From positions 10,710-74,709 of the forward strand of contig JBBDRO010000106.1 of NCBI GenBank assembly GCA_040905425.1: a stretch of DNA of 64,000 nt. The letters are read 5' to 3'. Both the position numbers and the translations under genes were made by a program. Of the stretch, positions 9,439 through 18,961 are shown piece by piece (the stretch's first letter is position 1; each line of letters begins with the position of its first letter). A model generated the notes under the pieces. The model worked only from the letters and a program-made list of their open reading frames with translations, did not search any database and was not told where the DNA came from. Source of the stretch: Gemmatimonadota bacterium. Its GTDB lineage: Bacteria; Gemmatimonadota; Gemmatimonadetes; Longimicrobiales; RSA9.

Positions 9439-10629
9439 CTAGGGTTTGAGGATCCGGTACGCGCGCAGGAAGCCCAGTTCGCGCTCACCCGACTCCAGGA
9501 GCAATATCTCCCCGTCCCGGAAACCCACGATCCGGGCAGTAAACGGCAGGATGATTTCCGCCAGGCGTTGCCCCTGGCGGGAGTAGACCACCCAGCGCAG
9601 CTGCTCACCCGGCAGATCGAGCGACGGTACGGCCAACCACAGGTTGCCGTCCGCGTCCGCCACGACCTCATGGAAGCGCGGCGCGGAATCCGGGAAAACG
9701 CCCTCCATCTCCGCGGGGGGGACGATGTCCGGGTCGTCCGCCACGCCCAGTTGCACGACCAGCCGTTCGTAGAACGCCGTCTGGGCCGCGCGGTCCATGG
9801 CGGTCGACGGCTCGCCCACGGGTATGGTGTCCCGCACGGTGCCGTCCGGCGCCAGCACCTCAAGCAGGGGCTCGTCGCCGCTGCCCACCACGAGTTCGTG
9901 GTCCACCACCGTGTAGGCCAGCGGAGCCGGCATGTGGGAGGATTCCAGCCGGCCACCCTCGAGGCGCACCACGCGGTGCGCGAATTCACCGATCGTGTCC
10001 AGTAGCTGGCCTTCGGCCGACAGGTGAAGCAGGGCCGCGCGCCCGCGGCGCGCACCGACCCCCTCGACGGCTACGAAGGTCCAGCCCTCGGCCAGGAAAC
10101 CGCCATCCGCGAAGGCGTCCACGATGCCTGCCCCCCTGTCGATCGGCTGCCAACCGGCGCGCGCGGTGAGGGGGGCACTCATCGGCACGCTTCGTCCGAA
10201 GTTGCCCGTCGTGTCCAGGATGGCCACGCGCGCCTGATCGACCACGGCAAGCGAATCCCCGCGGTAAGGAAACACGCCACGAATGAACTGGAAGCGGTCC
10301 GGCCCGTTGCCCCGGCCGCCGAACGTCCTGATGAGCTGCCCATCCGCCGTAAAGATCCGGACCATCCGATCCGCCTGCGTGGCCACCACCAGCCGACCAT
10401 CCGGCAGCTGCGCGGCGCCCGTGACCGCCCGCAGCGAGTCGAGCGCCTCACCCTCCAATGCGCTTATGGACAGAGACGGCTCGGGCGCCAGCGCCCAGGT
10501 CCCCGGTGCAGGCGCCGCGGGCGGCGGGCTGTCAGGCGTAGGGGGACCGTCCTGGCCACATCCGCTGGCAAACAGGATGACCGTGAACACGAGCGCGCAG
10601 CGTCTTGTGATCATTGGGCTCATATCCAT
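9439..10629 (-). CDS. NHL-like 6-bladed beta-propeller lipoprotein, paralog P1
   Basis: Lipobox 'LFASGC', a degenerate NHL-type 'GGRGNGPDRF' motif, and the family C-terminal strand '...LGFLRAYRI'. ATG 10629 overlaps the DinB stop (TGATG). The track start 10632 is a TTG. Confidence 0.65.
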   Translation of the reverse strand: MDMSPMITRRCALVFTVILFASGCGQDGPPTPDSPPPAAPAPGTWALAPEPSLSISALEGEALDSLRAVTGAAQLPDGRLVVATQADRMVRIFTADGQLIRTFGGRGNGPDRFQFIRGVFPYRGDSLAVVDQARVAILDTTGNFGRSVPMSAPLTARAGWQPIDRGAGIVDAFADGGFLAEGWTFVAVEGVGARRGRAALLHLSAEGQLLDTIGEFAHRVVRLEGGRLESSHMPAPLAYTVVDHELVVGSGDEPLLEVLAPDGTVRDTIPVGEPSTAMDRAAQTAFYERLVVQLGVADDPDIVPPAEMEGVFPDSAPRFHEVVADADGNLWLAVPSLDLPGEQLRWVVYSRQGQRLAEIILPFTARIVGFRDGEILLLESGERELGFLRAYRILKP

Positions 10630-11168
10630 CAAGCATTCATCGGTGCAAGGTAGCGCGCCTCGAGAAGGGTCCGGTGGTGAAGTTCATGGCCGGCAATGAT
10701 CCATGCCAGCGCCCGTACCGTGACGGCCGCGCCGCTGGCCTGACCGCCCCGCGTCCATGCTTCGGGCGGCAGGCCCTGGAGGAGCGCCGAGGTGGCGGCG
10801 CGCACCGCTTCGAACTCCGCCACGAGGCTGGGCAGCGTGCGCATTTCGCAGCCGGCCGCCGGCGCCCACAGCTGCTCGTCGAAAGAGGCCAGCGGCGTGC
10901 CGTCCCCGCGCGCGAAGCGGAGGATCCGGTAGGCCATCACCCGCTCCGTATCGGCCATGTGGGCCACCACCTCCTTCACGCTCCACTTGCCTGCCGCGTA
11001 GCGGTGCTCGTGCAGGTTGGCGGGCGCCGCCAGCAGCAGCGCCGCCGTATCGGTTATCTGCGTGCGCAGCGTGGCGCGGACGTCCCCATCGGGGACCAAC
11101 CCCACGTAGCCGGCGTAGTACGGATTATATTCGCCGTCGGCGGGGCGGCTGCTCGGTGGTGTGCTCAT
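10629..11168 (-). CDS. DinB-family (DinB_2) metal-dependent protein
   Basis: Has 'KWSVKEVVAHMADTERV' and a C-terminal 'AGHELHH', consistent with the DinB four-helix-bundle His triad. It overlaps both neighbours (ATGA at 11165..11168). Confidence 0.75.
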   Translation of the reverse strand: MSTPPSSRPADGEYNPYYAGYVGLVPDGDVRATLRTQITDTAALLLAAPANLHEHRYAAGKWSVKEVVAHMADTERVMAYRILRFARGDGTPLASFDEQLWAPAAGCEMRTLPSLVAEFEAVRAATSALLQGLPPEAWTRGGQASGAAVTVRALAWIIAGHELHHRTLLEARYLAPMNA

Positions 11169-12358
11169 CCCGACTCCTCGTGCCCGGTGGTGGGTAGCCG
11201 GAAGCGCACGATGCGCTGGACGTCCAGCTCACCCGTCTCGATGGCGTAGGCCGCCTCCCCGCGGATGGCTCCCTGCGTGAGATCCACGTTCGCCGGCACC
11301 GCCACCGCGAAGCTGGGTGCGCCGGAACGCTCGTAGACATCCGCTCGCACGTGCGTGTCTCCGTCGGCCGGGGTGCGGAGCACCCACAGCCTGCCGTCCA
11401 GATCGAAGAAGATATCCCGCAGGACGGGCTTGCGCTCCTGCACCGTGGCCCGGTGCGACACGGTGGCGCCCATGCGTTCGAAGCTGGCTTCGTCGCTGGC
11501 CAGCTTGGCCGCGGCGCTGTCCCGCTCCGCCGGGGAGAGCAGGGGGCCCTCGTCAGGGCGGCGTACGTGCGCGATGGTGTCACCCGCCTCGTTGAAAACC
11601 ACCACCTCGTAGCGCCGCGTCACGGCATACGCGAAGCGCCCGTCGGGGGCGTGAGCCACGCGCTCCGACGCCTGGAAGGGGACGGAGTTCCAGAGCTGCT
11701 GCACCCGGCCGGGGAGCACCTCCAGGGCCACTTCCACCATGCCGAGCAGGCGGGGAGGGGTATTCGGCGGATAGACCCGCCGGAGGACGGCTCCCGTGGA
11801 ATCCACGTGCAGCCGCACGGGACGGGTGCTGTGGCTGCTGTCCACCGATTCGCGCGCATGCGCGATCAGGTGGCCGCCGGCGGCGAAGGACGGCGGTCCC
11901 GCACTCAGCAGCTCGTCGGCGGACGTGATGCGGAACACATGCCGCTCGGTGGCCGCATCAACGTCGAATACGTCCCAGCGCGTTGCCTGCGGTGCCATGC
12001 TCCACACCCAGAGCCGGCCCGCCGCATCGAAGCCGGGGCAGCACGGCCGCGCCAGATCGCCCGGGCCGCTGCCGGAGCGTCCGAATCGGCGGACGAGCTC
12101 CCCCGCCGGCGTGAACGCCCGTACGTCGACCGCCTGACCATCCACCACCCAGACGTGCCCCTCGGCGTCCAGCGTCAGACCGCTGATGCGCCCGAACACC
12201 CGGTCCGGGTCGCCATCCAGCACGCCGATGCGCAGCTCCACCGCCAGCGTGTCCGGACCCGCGAGGGGTTCCGGCCGTTCGTCCGCGGGGCCGGCGCACG
12301 CGGCCGCGAGCAGGAGCCCGGCCCCCAGCATCCCGGAGCGAACTCGGCGGCGGCTCAT
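11165..12358 (-). CDS. NHL-like 6-bladed beta-propeller lipoprotein, paralog P2
   Basis: The track ORF 11165..12931 is a fusion artefact. ATG 12358 (MSRRRVRSGMLGAGLLLAAAC, lipobox) overlaps the stop of 12355..12816 (ATGA). It carries 'GRSGSGPGDL' and the C-terminal 'ELDVQRIVRFRL'. Confidence 0.65.
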   Translation of the reverse strand: MSRRRVRSGMLGAGLLLAAACAGPADERPEPLAGPDTLAVELRIGVLDGDPDRVFGRISGLTLDAEGHVWVVDGQAVDVRAFTPAGELVRRFGRSGSGPGDLARPCCPGFDAAGRLWVWSMAPQATRWDVFDVDAATERHVFRITSADELLSAGPPSFAAGGHLIAHARESVDSSHSTRPVRLHVDSTGAVLRRVYPPNTPPRLLGMVEVALEVLPGRVQQLWNSVPFQASERVAHAPDGRFAYAVTRRYEVVVFNEAGDTIAHVRRPDEGPLLSPAERDSAAAKLASDEASFERMGATVSHRATVQERKPVLRDIFFDLDGRLWVLRTPADGDTHVRADVYERSGAPSFAVAVPANVDLTQGAIRGEAAYAIETGELDVQRIVRFRLPTTGHEESG

Positions 12359-12816
12359 TGCGCCACCCGCCGCAGTCCGGGATGACGGTAGGTTGCCAGC
12401 AGGCCGAAGAGACCGATCTGCACCATGGTGCCAGGGGCCAGCGCCGGGGTGGCGCCACGGAGCGTGGCCCACATGAGCGCGAGCCCCTGCATATCGGGGT
12501 ACATCTCCAGTTCGAACTCCATGTTGCCGGTGTAATGCAGCCAGAGGCCCAGCAGGCCGCCCAGGATGCAGGCGGCCATGACGGCGCGCAGCGCGAGCAG
12601 AACACCGCGGCGGGGGAGCGCCAGCGCGGCCACCGCCGCGGCAAGCCCCGCCGCCAGGAGCACGATCGGAACCCACTGGGACAGGTCCTCGTAATGGCCC
12701 AGCAGTACGAGTTCGATGCCGGTGCCCAGAATGCCCAGGATCAGCACGATAAGGAGCAGGCGCCGGAGGTGCGGGGCGCCGGGGTCGGCCGCTGTGACTG
12801 GAGAAGTCGTGGTCAT
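12355..12816 (-). CDS. Hypothetical integral membrane protein (about 4 TM helices)
   Basis: 153 aa from ATG 12816 (MTTTSPV...). There are four long hydrophobic segments. It is the first gene of an overlapping four-gene operon. I recognise no family. Confidence 0.5.
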   Translation of the reverse strand: MTTTSPVTAADPGAPHLRRLLLIVLILGILGTGIELVLLGHYEDLSQWVPIVLLAAGLAAAVAALALPRRGVLLALRAVMAACILGGLLGLWLHYTGNMEFELEMYPDMQGLALMWATLRGATPALAPGTMVQIGLFGLLATYRHPGLRRVAQ

Positions 12817-12990
12817 GGCTGGTGGTGCGGGTGCGCAGGTCAGAGACAGGTATAGCGCGCGGCCGGCGCTCGCGACAGAGTGGCACGCGTGGCCCACCGG
12901 AGCAACCCAACGGGCTGGTCCGGCATCCCATGGACGCCCATCATGCCGCGCGAATACGCGGGAACGTGATTCTCAAGTAGGAGTTCCAAT

Positions 12991-14172
12991 ATGCGACGAT
13001 GCTCGTCCACCTCCCTTGCCACGGCCGCCTGCGCGGCCCTGCTGGCCGCGTGCGGCGGCCCGGACCAGGCGGCGGTGCCCGTCGAGCGGACCGACTCCGC
13101 CGGCGTGGAGCTGGTGCGCAGCCTGGGGCCCGACGTGCCGCTGGACTGGACGTTCGAGACGGTGCTCACGCTCGGCGGCAAGGATGAGGGACCCGAGGCG
13201 TTCTATCAGGTCGGCAACACCGGCATCGGTACGGACGCGGCCGGCAACATCCACGTCCTGGACGGGGGCAACGGCCAGGTGCAGATCTTCGGGCCGGACG
13301 GCGCGCACCTGCGCACTGTGGGCCGGCGCGGGGAGGGGCCGGGTGAGCTGGGCCAGTTCCTCTACGGCATGGCCGTGGCGCCGGACGGCGCCATCGCCGT
13401 ATTTGACGCCATGAAGCGGACGCTCGTGCGCTGGGACGCCGCTGGCCAGGTCCTGCCGAGCATCGAGGTGGCGGGTCAGCCGAGTGGCCGGTTCGCGCTG
13501 CTCGACGACGGCTCCGTCATGGCCACCCTCCGCGACGGCGCCTACCAGGGAGACAGCGCTCGCTATGTCCTCCGGATCCTGGAGCCCTCCGGTGCCACCG
13601 AGGATCTGCTGGCCATGTTCGCGGCGCCGCTTCAGCCGGTGGACTTCGAGTGCGTGATGATCAGCGGTATGGCGCCGCTCTTCCAGCCGGAGATGCGCTT
13701 CGACCGGGCGGGTAGCGGGCTCGTGGTGTCGAGCGGACCGGACTACCGGGTGGAGGGCAGGAAGCCGGATGGCGCGGTGCACCGGGTGGTGAGCCGTGAC
13801 CTGCCCCCCGTGGCGGCCACCGCCGAGCTGGCAGCCATCGAATCGGACAGTATGACGGTCCGCTTCGGTGACGGGCGTAGCTGTGTGGTACCGGCCGACG
13901 AGGTGGTGGAGCAGCGCGGCTTCGAGCCCGTGGTCCCGGCCGTGCGCCAGCTCGTGGGCGCCCCGGACGGCAGCTTCTGGGTGCAGCGCGGCTACGGCAG
14001 CGAGCGGCGCGTCATCGATGTCTTCGCCGCGGACGGGGCCTACGTGGGCACGCTCCCGGCGGGCACGCCCTGGCCCGCCGCACTGCTGGATGGGGAGACG
14101 TTGCTGGTGCGTACCACGGACGAGTACGATCGTGAGATGGTGGAGGTGCGGCGCATCGTGCCGGGGTCCTGA
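12991..14172 (+). CDS. NHL-like 6-bladed beta-propeller lipoprotein, paralog P3
   Basis: AGGAG lies 7 nt upstream of ATG 12991. It has the lipobox 'LLAAC', 'TDSAGVELV', 'GRRGEGPGELGQF..GMAVAPDGAIAVFD' (NHL-like) and the C-terminal 'DREMVEVRRI'. Confidence 0.7.
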   Translation: MRRCSSTSLATAACAALLAACGGPDQAAVPVERTDSAGVELVRSLGPDVPLDWTFETVLTLGGKDEGPEAFYQVGNTGIGTDAAGNIHVLDGGNGQVQIFGPDGAHLRTVGRRGEGPGELGQFLYGMAVAPDGAIAVFDAMKRTLVRWDAAGQVLPSIEVAGQPSGRFALLDDGSVMATLRDGAYQGDSARYVLRILEPSGATEDLLAMFAAPLQPVDFECVMISGMAPLFQPEMRFDRAGSGLVVSSGPDYRVEGRKPDGAVHRVVSRDLPPVAATAELAAIESDSMTVRFGDGRSCVVPADEVVEQRGFEPVVPAVRQLVGAPDGSFWVQRGYGSERRVIDVFAADGAYVGTLPAGTPWPAALLDGETLLVRTTDEYDREMVEVRRIVPGS

Positions 14173-14190
14173 CCAGGAGGGTGGGAGCGG

Positions 14191-15411
14191 GTGGAGCAGA
14201 ACGAGCGCGGGACGTTTCAGGGGGACGTCGCTTACGAAACGATGCTGCCGGAGCCGCCACTGCGCGTGCCGGAAGGGGCGCTGGCGCGGCGGTTCGCGTG
14301 GATCGGGCTCGGCATGGCGGCCGCGGTCTTCGTGGCCGTGCTCATTGCCACGCAGAACTGGCTGGCGCTGGCCCAGGCCGGCGAGCCGGAACGGTGGCTG
14401 TGGATCTTTGCCATGGAGCTGCCGGTGTGGCTGGCGTGGGCGGCCGTGGCACCGCTCATCCTGCTCTTCGTGCGGCACTTTCCGGTGGCGGGCCGGCGAC
14501 GACTGCGCAATCTGGCGCTCCACCTGCCGTTCGCGCTTTTCATCGAGTTGCTTGCGTTCATGCTGCACAGCGTGGTGCGCTATCAGCTGGATCCCGGCGG
14601 GCCCGCGTCGGGGGGGTACTGGGACGTGGTCGCGGTGGGATATCCGCGCACCTTTGGCCTCTTCCTACTGGTCTACGGCGGCATCGTGGCGCTCTATCAG
14701 GCGCTGGCCTACTACCGCGCCTACCAGGCCCGTTCCATGGCCGAGAGCCGGCTGGAGGTGGAGCTGGCGCGCGCCGAGCTGCGCACGCTGCGCATGCAAC
14801 TCCATCCCCATTTCCTGTTCAACACGCTGCACGTGATCTCCGCCCTGATGACGCGTGACGTGGCCACGGCGCGCCGCATGATGCGGCGGCTGAGTGAACT
14901 GCTCCGCCTGACGCTGGAGACGGACTCGGCGCACGAGGTCACCCTGGAGGAGGAGCTGGCCATCCTGGATCACTACGTGGAGATCCAGAAGATGCGTTTC
15001 CAGGATCGGCTCACGGTGAGCGTGGAGGTCAGCCAGGAAGCGCGCGGCCAGGCGGTGCCCGCCTTGCTTCTGCAGCCCCTGGTGGAGAACGCTATCCTGC
15101 ATGGTGTGGCGCGCGTGGCCCGGCCCGGCCAGGTTGTCGTGCGCGGGGTGGTGGAGGGCCGGCAACTCCGCATTGCCGTGGAGGATAACGGACCGGGTCT
15201 GGCGCCGCGGTCCGACGATGATCGCGGGCGCGGGGGACTGGGCATCCGCAACACCATGGCGCGGCTGGCGCGGATCTATGGTCCGGGGGCCGCGCGCTTC
15301 TCGCTGCGGGAGCGGCCCGAGGGCGGTGCCGTGGCCGAACTGCGCCTGCCGCTGCGCTCGCGGGTGCCTGCCACAGATGCTCCAGCGGGGAGGGAGGGGA
15401 TCGATGAATGA
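14191..15411 (+). CDS. LytS/YehU-type sensor histidine kinase (membrane)
   Basis: About 4 N-terminal TM helices, then 'LRMQLHPHFLFNTLHVISALM' (the His_kinase PF06580 signature) and an HATPase_c region ('VEDNGPGL', 'GGLGIRN'). It starts 18 nt after P3. Confidence 0.85.
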   Translation: MEQNERGTFQGDVAYETMLPEPPLRVPEGALARRFAWIGLGMAAAVFVAVLIATQNWLALAQAGEPERWLWIFAMELPVWLAWAAVAPLILLFVRHFPVAGRRRLRNLALHLPFALFIELLAFMLHSVVRYQLDPGGPASGGYWDVVAVGYPRTFGLFLLVYGGIVALYQALAYYRAYQARSMAESRLEVELARAELRTLRMQLHPHFLFNTLHVISALMTRDVATARRMMRRLSELLRLTLETDSAHEVTLEEELAILDHYVEIQKMRFQDRLTVSVEVSQEARGQAVPALLLQPLVENAILHGVARVARPGQVVVRGVVEGRQLRIAVEDNGPGLAPRSDDDRGRGGLGIRNTMARLARIYGPGAARFSLRERPEGGAVAELRLPLRSRVPATDAPAGREGIDE

Positions 15412-16183
15412 CCAGGTCCGCGCGGTGATCGTGGACGATGAGCCGCTGGCCCGGGACCTCCTGCGGGGCATGCTGGAGAGCGTCGTCGAGGTGCGGGTGG
15501 TCGGGGAGGCGGGGGACGGAGCCGCCGCGGTGGAGTTGGTTCGCGGCGAGCGGCCGGAACTTCTCTTCCTGGATGTACAGATGCCCGAGCGGGACGGTTT
15601 CGACGTGCTGCGCGAGCTCGGGGAGGACGCGCCGCCGGCCGTCATCTTCGTGACGGCCTACGATCGGTACGCCCTGCGTGCGTTCGAGGTTAGCGCCATG
15701 GACTACCTGCTCAAGCCGTTCGATGAGGAGCGGCTGGAGCGCTCCGTGAGCCGGGCCGTGGCGGAACTGCGGGGTGCCGCGTCGGGCAAGGGGGAGGATC
15801 GGGTTGGCGAACTCCTGCGGCGGTTGGAACTGCTGGAGCGGAGGGAGCGGTACTCCGGGCGCCTGGCCATCACGCAGGGGGAGCGCACCTTCCTGCAGCC
15901 CGTACGGGACATCGACTGGATCGAGGCCGACGGCAAGTTCATGAACATCCACGTGGGGGAGAAGAAGTACACCATGCGCGCCACGCTGCTGGGCCTGCAG
16001 GAGCAGCTCGATCCGGAGGTCTTCCTGCGCGTCAGCCGGGGGGCGATCCTGAACGTGAATCGCATTCGCGAGGTGCAGCCCTGGTTCAACGGTGAGTACG
16101 TGGCCGTGATGCACAGCGGCGCGCAGGTGACCACCACGCGCAGCTACCGGGCCGCGCTCGCCCGCGTCATCGGCAAGGAATGA
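15404..16183 (+). CDS. LytR/AlgR-family response regulator (REC + LytTR DNA-binding domain)
   Basis: 'VIVDDEPLARDLL...LLFLDVQMPERDGFDV' is a receiver domain. The C-terminal '...IDWIEADGKFMNIHVGEKKYTMRATL..LEQLDPEVFLRVSRGAILN' is a LytTR domain. ATG 15404 overlaps the kinase gene by 8 nt. Confidence 0.9.
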   Translation: MNDQVRAVIVDDEPLARDLLRGMLESVVEVRVVGEAGDGAAAVELVRGERPELLFLDVQMPERDGFDVLRELGEDAPPAVIFVTAYDRYALRAFEVSAMDYLLKPFDEERLERSVSRAVAELRGAASGKGEDRVGELLRRLELLERRERYSGRLAITQGERTFLQPVRDIDWIEADGKFMNIHVGEKKYTMRATLLGLQEQLDPEVFLRVSRGAILNVNRIREVQPWFNGEYVAVMHSGAQVTTTRSYRAALARVIGKE

Positions 16184-16303
16184 TCGTTGCTGGCGCCGTG
16201 GGCCGGACAGGCCCATGATCCCTGCCCGCGCTGCCCGGCTCCAGGGGCGGCGCCCGGCAGCTGATGACACCCATTCTGGCGACCCAGGACAGGAAGAGCC
16301 GGC

Positions 16304-17191
16304 ATGAACCAGGAACAGTTGGACAAGATTCGCTCGGGGGACGGTTTCATTGCGGCGCTCGACCAGAGCGGCGGAAGCACCCCGAAGGCGCTCCTTCAGT
16401 ACGGCGTGGGGGAGGATGCCTACGGCAACGAGGAGGAGATGTTCGATCGCATCCACGAGATGCGCACGCGCATCATCACCAATCCAGCCTTCACCGGCGA
16501 GCGTATCATCGGCGCGATCCTCTTCGAAAACACCATGGATCGTGACATCGAAGGGCAGGGCAGCGCCGCCTACCTGTGGTCGGTCAAGCGGGTGGTGCCC
16601 TTCCTGAAGGTGGACAAGGGGCTGGCCGCCGAGGCGGACGGGGTGCAGGTGATGAAGCCCATGCCGGGCCTGAACGAGCTGCTGGCCCGCGGCCGGCAGA
16701 AGGGCGTGTTCGGCACCAAGATGCGCTCGGTCATCAAGCGCGCCAACGAAGCCGGGATCGCGGGCATCGCCGCACAGCAGTTCGACGTGGGTCGGCAGAT
16801 CCTGGACGCCGGCCTGATCCCGATCCTGGAGCCCGAAGTGGACATCCACAGCCCCGACAAGGCACAGGCGGAGGCGCTGCTCCGGGAACGGCTGCTGGCG
16901 GGGCTGGCGGACGTGCCCGACGACCAGGTCCTCATGTTCAAGCTGACGCTGCCCGAGGAAGACGACTTCTACCGTGAGCTGGTGGAGCACCCGCGCGTGC
17001 TCAAGTTGGTGGCGCTCTCCGGCGGCTACAGCCGGGAGGAGGCCAACGCGCGCCTGGCGCGGAACCCCGGTGTGGTGGCGAGCTTCTCGCGGGCGCTCAC
17101 CGAGGGACTCACCGCCCAGCAGGACGAGGACGAGTTCACGCGCCGCCTGGACAAGGCCATCCAGAGCATCTACGAGGCGTCCGTGGCGTAG
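16304..17191 (+). CDS. fba: Class I fructose-bisphosphate aldolase
   Basis: 'MNQEQLDKIRSGDGFIAALDQSGGSTPKAL' closely matches bacterial class I (Fda-type) aldolases of about 295 aa. AGGAAGAG lies upstream of the ATG. Confidence 0.9.
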   Translation: MNQEQLDKIRSGDGFIAALDQSGGSTPKALLQYGVGEDAYGNEEEMFDRIHEMRTRIITNPAFTGERIIGAILFENTMDRDIEGQGSAAYLWSVKRVVPFLKVDKGLAAEADGVQVMKPMPGLNELLARGRQKGVFGTKMRSVIKRANEAGIAGIAAQQFDVGRQILDAGLIPILEPEVDIHSPDKAQAEALLRERLLAGLADVPDDQVLMFKLTLPEEDDFYRELVEHPRVLKLVALSGGYSREEANARLARNPGVVASFSRALTEGLTAQQDEDEFTRRLDKAIQSIYEASVA

Positions 17192-17213
17192 CGCGCTCCC
17201 GCTGGCATGGGAT

Positions 17214-17245
17214 CGGGCCCGGGCCGCCTGGCGGACCCGGGCCCG
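17214..17245. terminator. GC hairpin between convergent fba and the dehydrogenase gene (candidate bidirectional terminator)
   Basis: CGGGCCCGGG (17214..17223) pairs perfectly with CCCGGGCCCG (17236..17245) across a 12-nt loop. There is no clear U-tract. Confidence 0.4.
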
Positions 17246-17275
17246 AGGTGTATCGGGGGGCTGTAGACCGGATTC

Positions 17276-18571
17276 TCAGGCCGCGCCCACCCGATCCAGC
17301 GCCAGACCCAGCGTGGCCGCAAGCAGTCCTTGCTCCCCCGAGCCGGCCCGCTCGAGCACCTCGTCCAGGGTGTCCCGGATGGTGCGCTCCACCGCGGCCA
17401 GCACCGGCTCAGCCTCCGCTCGGGCGTCCCTCTCCATCAGGTAGCTGAACGTCCGCGCCATGCCGCAGTTGGCCAGGATGTCAGGCAGCACCGCGAAGCG
17501 CAGATCCGCCAGCCGGGCCACGGCGGTGGATCCCAGGCGGGCTTCGCGGAATGGCTGATTGGCGCCCGCCGCGATGAGGCGCACACCCCCGGCCTCGAGG
17601 CGGTCCATGACTTCCGCCGTGACCGTCTCGCTGAGCGCCGCCGCCACGAACACGTCCGCGGGGACGTCCCAGAAATCTTCTCCGGCGCCTGGCTTGACAC
17701 GTTCGTCCTCCAGCGGCAGGCGCTTGTCCTCCCGGCGGCGGACCAGATCCTCGACTTCGGCGGCCTCGAGGCCGCCCGGCGCCAGCAGCGTGGCGCGGCT
17801 GTCCCGCACGCCCACGATGCGCGCCCCGCGCTGGGCCAGGTAGAGGGCGCACGCGGCGCCCACATTGCCGAAGCCCTCCACCAGTACGCGCTTGCCCTCC
17901 AGCGTACGTCCGCCCCGTTCGCAGTGGCGGCACACGGCGTAGCCCACGCCGTAGCCCGTCACCACGTCCGCCACGGTCATGGGGTAGCCGTCCAGTCCCC
18001 CCACCACCACCGGGGCGCCCACGCCCGCCTCCATGCGACGCATGATGGCATCGAAGCCGGCGGCCGTGGGGTTCAGGTGGCCACGCACCACGCCCTCCTG
18101 GGGCGCGGCCAGGCCGAGGCGCTCGAAGGCCGGGATGACGTCCAGCACCTCGTCCACGCCGAAGTCCCCGCCGGTGCCGTAGCGCGCCCGCAGATAAGGG
18201 GTGATGGCCCGATACCAGCGTTCCAGGACGTCCACCTTGCGCGGGTCGGCGGGATCGAAGTCGATGCCGCTTTTGGCGCCTCCGATGGGCGGCCCCGCGA
18301 TGGAGAACTTCAGCTCCATGGCCTTGGCCAGGTACGTGACCTCGCGGGGATGCACCCCGGGATGCATGCGTGTGCCGCCGCCTGCCGCGCCTCCGCGGGA
18401 GGAGTTGATGACCAGCCAGGCGCGGGCGCCGGTCTCCCGGTCCCGCCACTGCACGGTCAGTTCGGGGGGACGGCGCACGAAAGCGGCGTAGCGCTTCCAG
18501 GTGGAGGGGCCGCGCTGCTCGGGTTGTGCGGCGCGCGCGCCGCGCGTGGAGCGGGCAATGCGGGCACTCAT
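17276..18571 (-). CDS. Glu/Leu/Phe/Val dehydrogenase family protein
   Basis: 'FSIAGPPIGGAKSGIDFDP' is the catalytic Lys region. A Rossmann 'VLVEGFGNVGAA' follows. ATG 18571 overlaps the stop of the XdhC_N gene (ATGA), giving 431 aa. The track start 18640 is further upstream. Confidence 0.8.
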   Translation of the reverse strand: MSARIARSTRGARAAQPEQRGPSTWKRYAAFVRRPPELTVQWRDRETGARAWLVINSSRGGAAGGGTRMHPGVHPREVTYLAKAMELKFSIAGPPIGGAKSGIDFDPADPRKVDVLERWYRAITPYLRARYGTGGDFGVDEVLDVIPAFERLGLAAPQEGVVRGHLNPTAAGFDAIMRRMEAGVGAPVVVGGLDGYPMTVADVVTGYGVGYAVCRHCERGGRTLEGKRVLVEGFGNVGAACALYLAQRGARIVGVRDSRATLLAPGGLEAAEVEDLVRRREDKRLPLEDERVKPGAGEDFWDVPADVFVAAALSETVTAEVMDRLEAGGVRLIAAGANQPFREARLGSTAVARLADLRFAVLPDILANCGMARTFSYLMERDARAEAEPVLAAVERTIRDTLDEVLERAGSGEQGLLAATLGLALDRVGAA

Positions 18572-18912
18572 CCGTGCGCGGCCGGCAGGATGGGCTCCAC
18601 CAGCACGTCCATCGTGCCGCCGCACACGGCGGGGCTCCACCCCTCGATGCTGTCCGTCAGCTGCACGCTCACCACGCGCGGGCGGCCGCTCGCCACCACC
18701 TCGTGCGCCGCCGTGATGACGTCGGCCTCGCCGCAGCCGCCGCCGATGGTACCCACCATGGCGTGCTCCGGCGCACGCTCCGGGTCCACCAGCATGCGGC
18801 TACCCGCGTGCCGCGGCACGGAGCCGCGCGTGCGGATGACGGTGGCCAGGGCCACCCGGCGTCCCTCGGCGGCGGCCGCCACGATGGCCCGGTAGACGCT
18901 CGCGTCCTCCAT
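18568..18912 (-). CDS. XdhC/CoxI N-terminal-domain-only protein (Moco insertion accessory-like)
   Basis: 114 aa. 'RRVALATVIRTRGSVPRHAGSRMLV...GTIGGGCGE' matches the XdhC_CoxI N-terminal domain. AGGAGG lies about 6 nt upstream. Confidence 0.7.
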   Translation of the reverse strand: MEDASVYRAIVAAAAEGRRVALATVIRTRGSVPRHAGSRMLVDPERAPEHAMVGTIGGGCGEADVITAAHEVVASGRPRVVSVQLTDSIEGWSPAVCGGTMDVLVEPILPAAHG

Positions 18913-18961
18913 CCCCTACCTCCTGCCTTTCAGCCACGCCCGACGTACCTCGTCCGGCGTT

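Noticed and set aside
12881-12896. TGGCAC-N5-GCCC, resembling the -24 element of a sigma54 promoter upstream of P3
   Set aside because: The -12 element (TTGC, with the essential GC) is not matched at the correct spacing. No sigma54 activator (AAA+ EBP) is encoded nearby.
11165-12931. Single 588-aa ORF spanning P2 and the membrane-protein gene region
   Set aside because: The N-terminal 190 residues are Arg/Pro/Gly-rich off-frame read-through of the 12355..12816 gene. An internal ATG at 12358 gives a proper lipoprotein signal and an ATGA overlap with the upstream stop.
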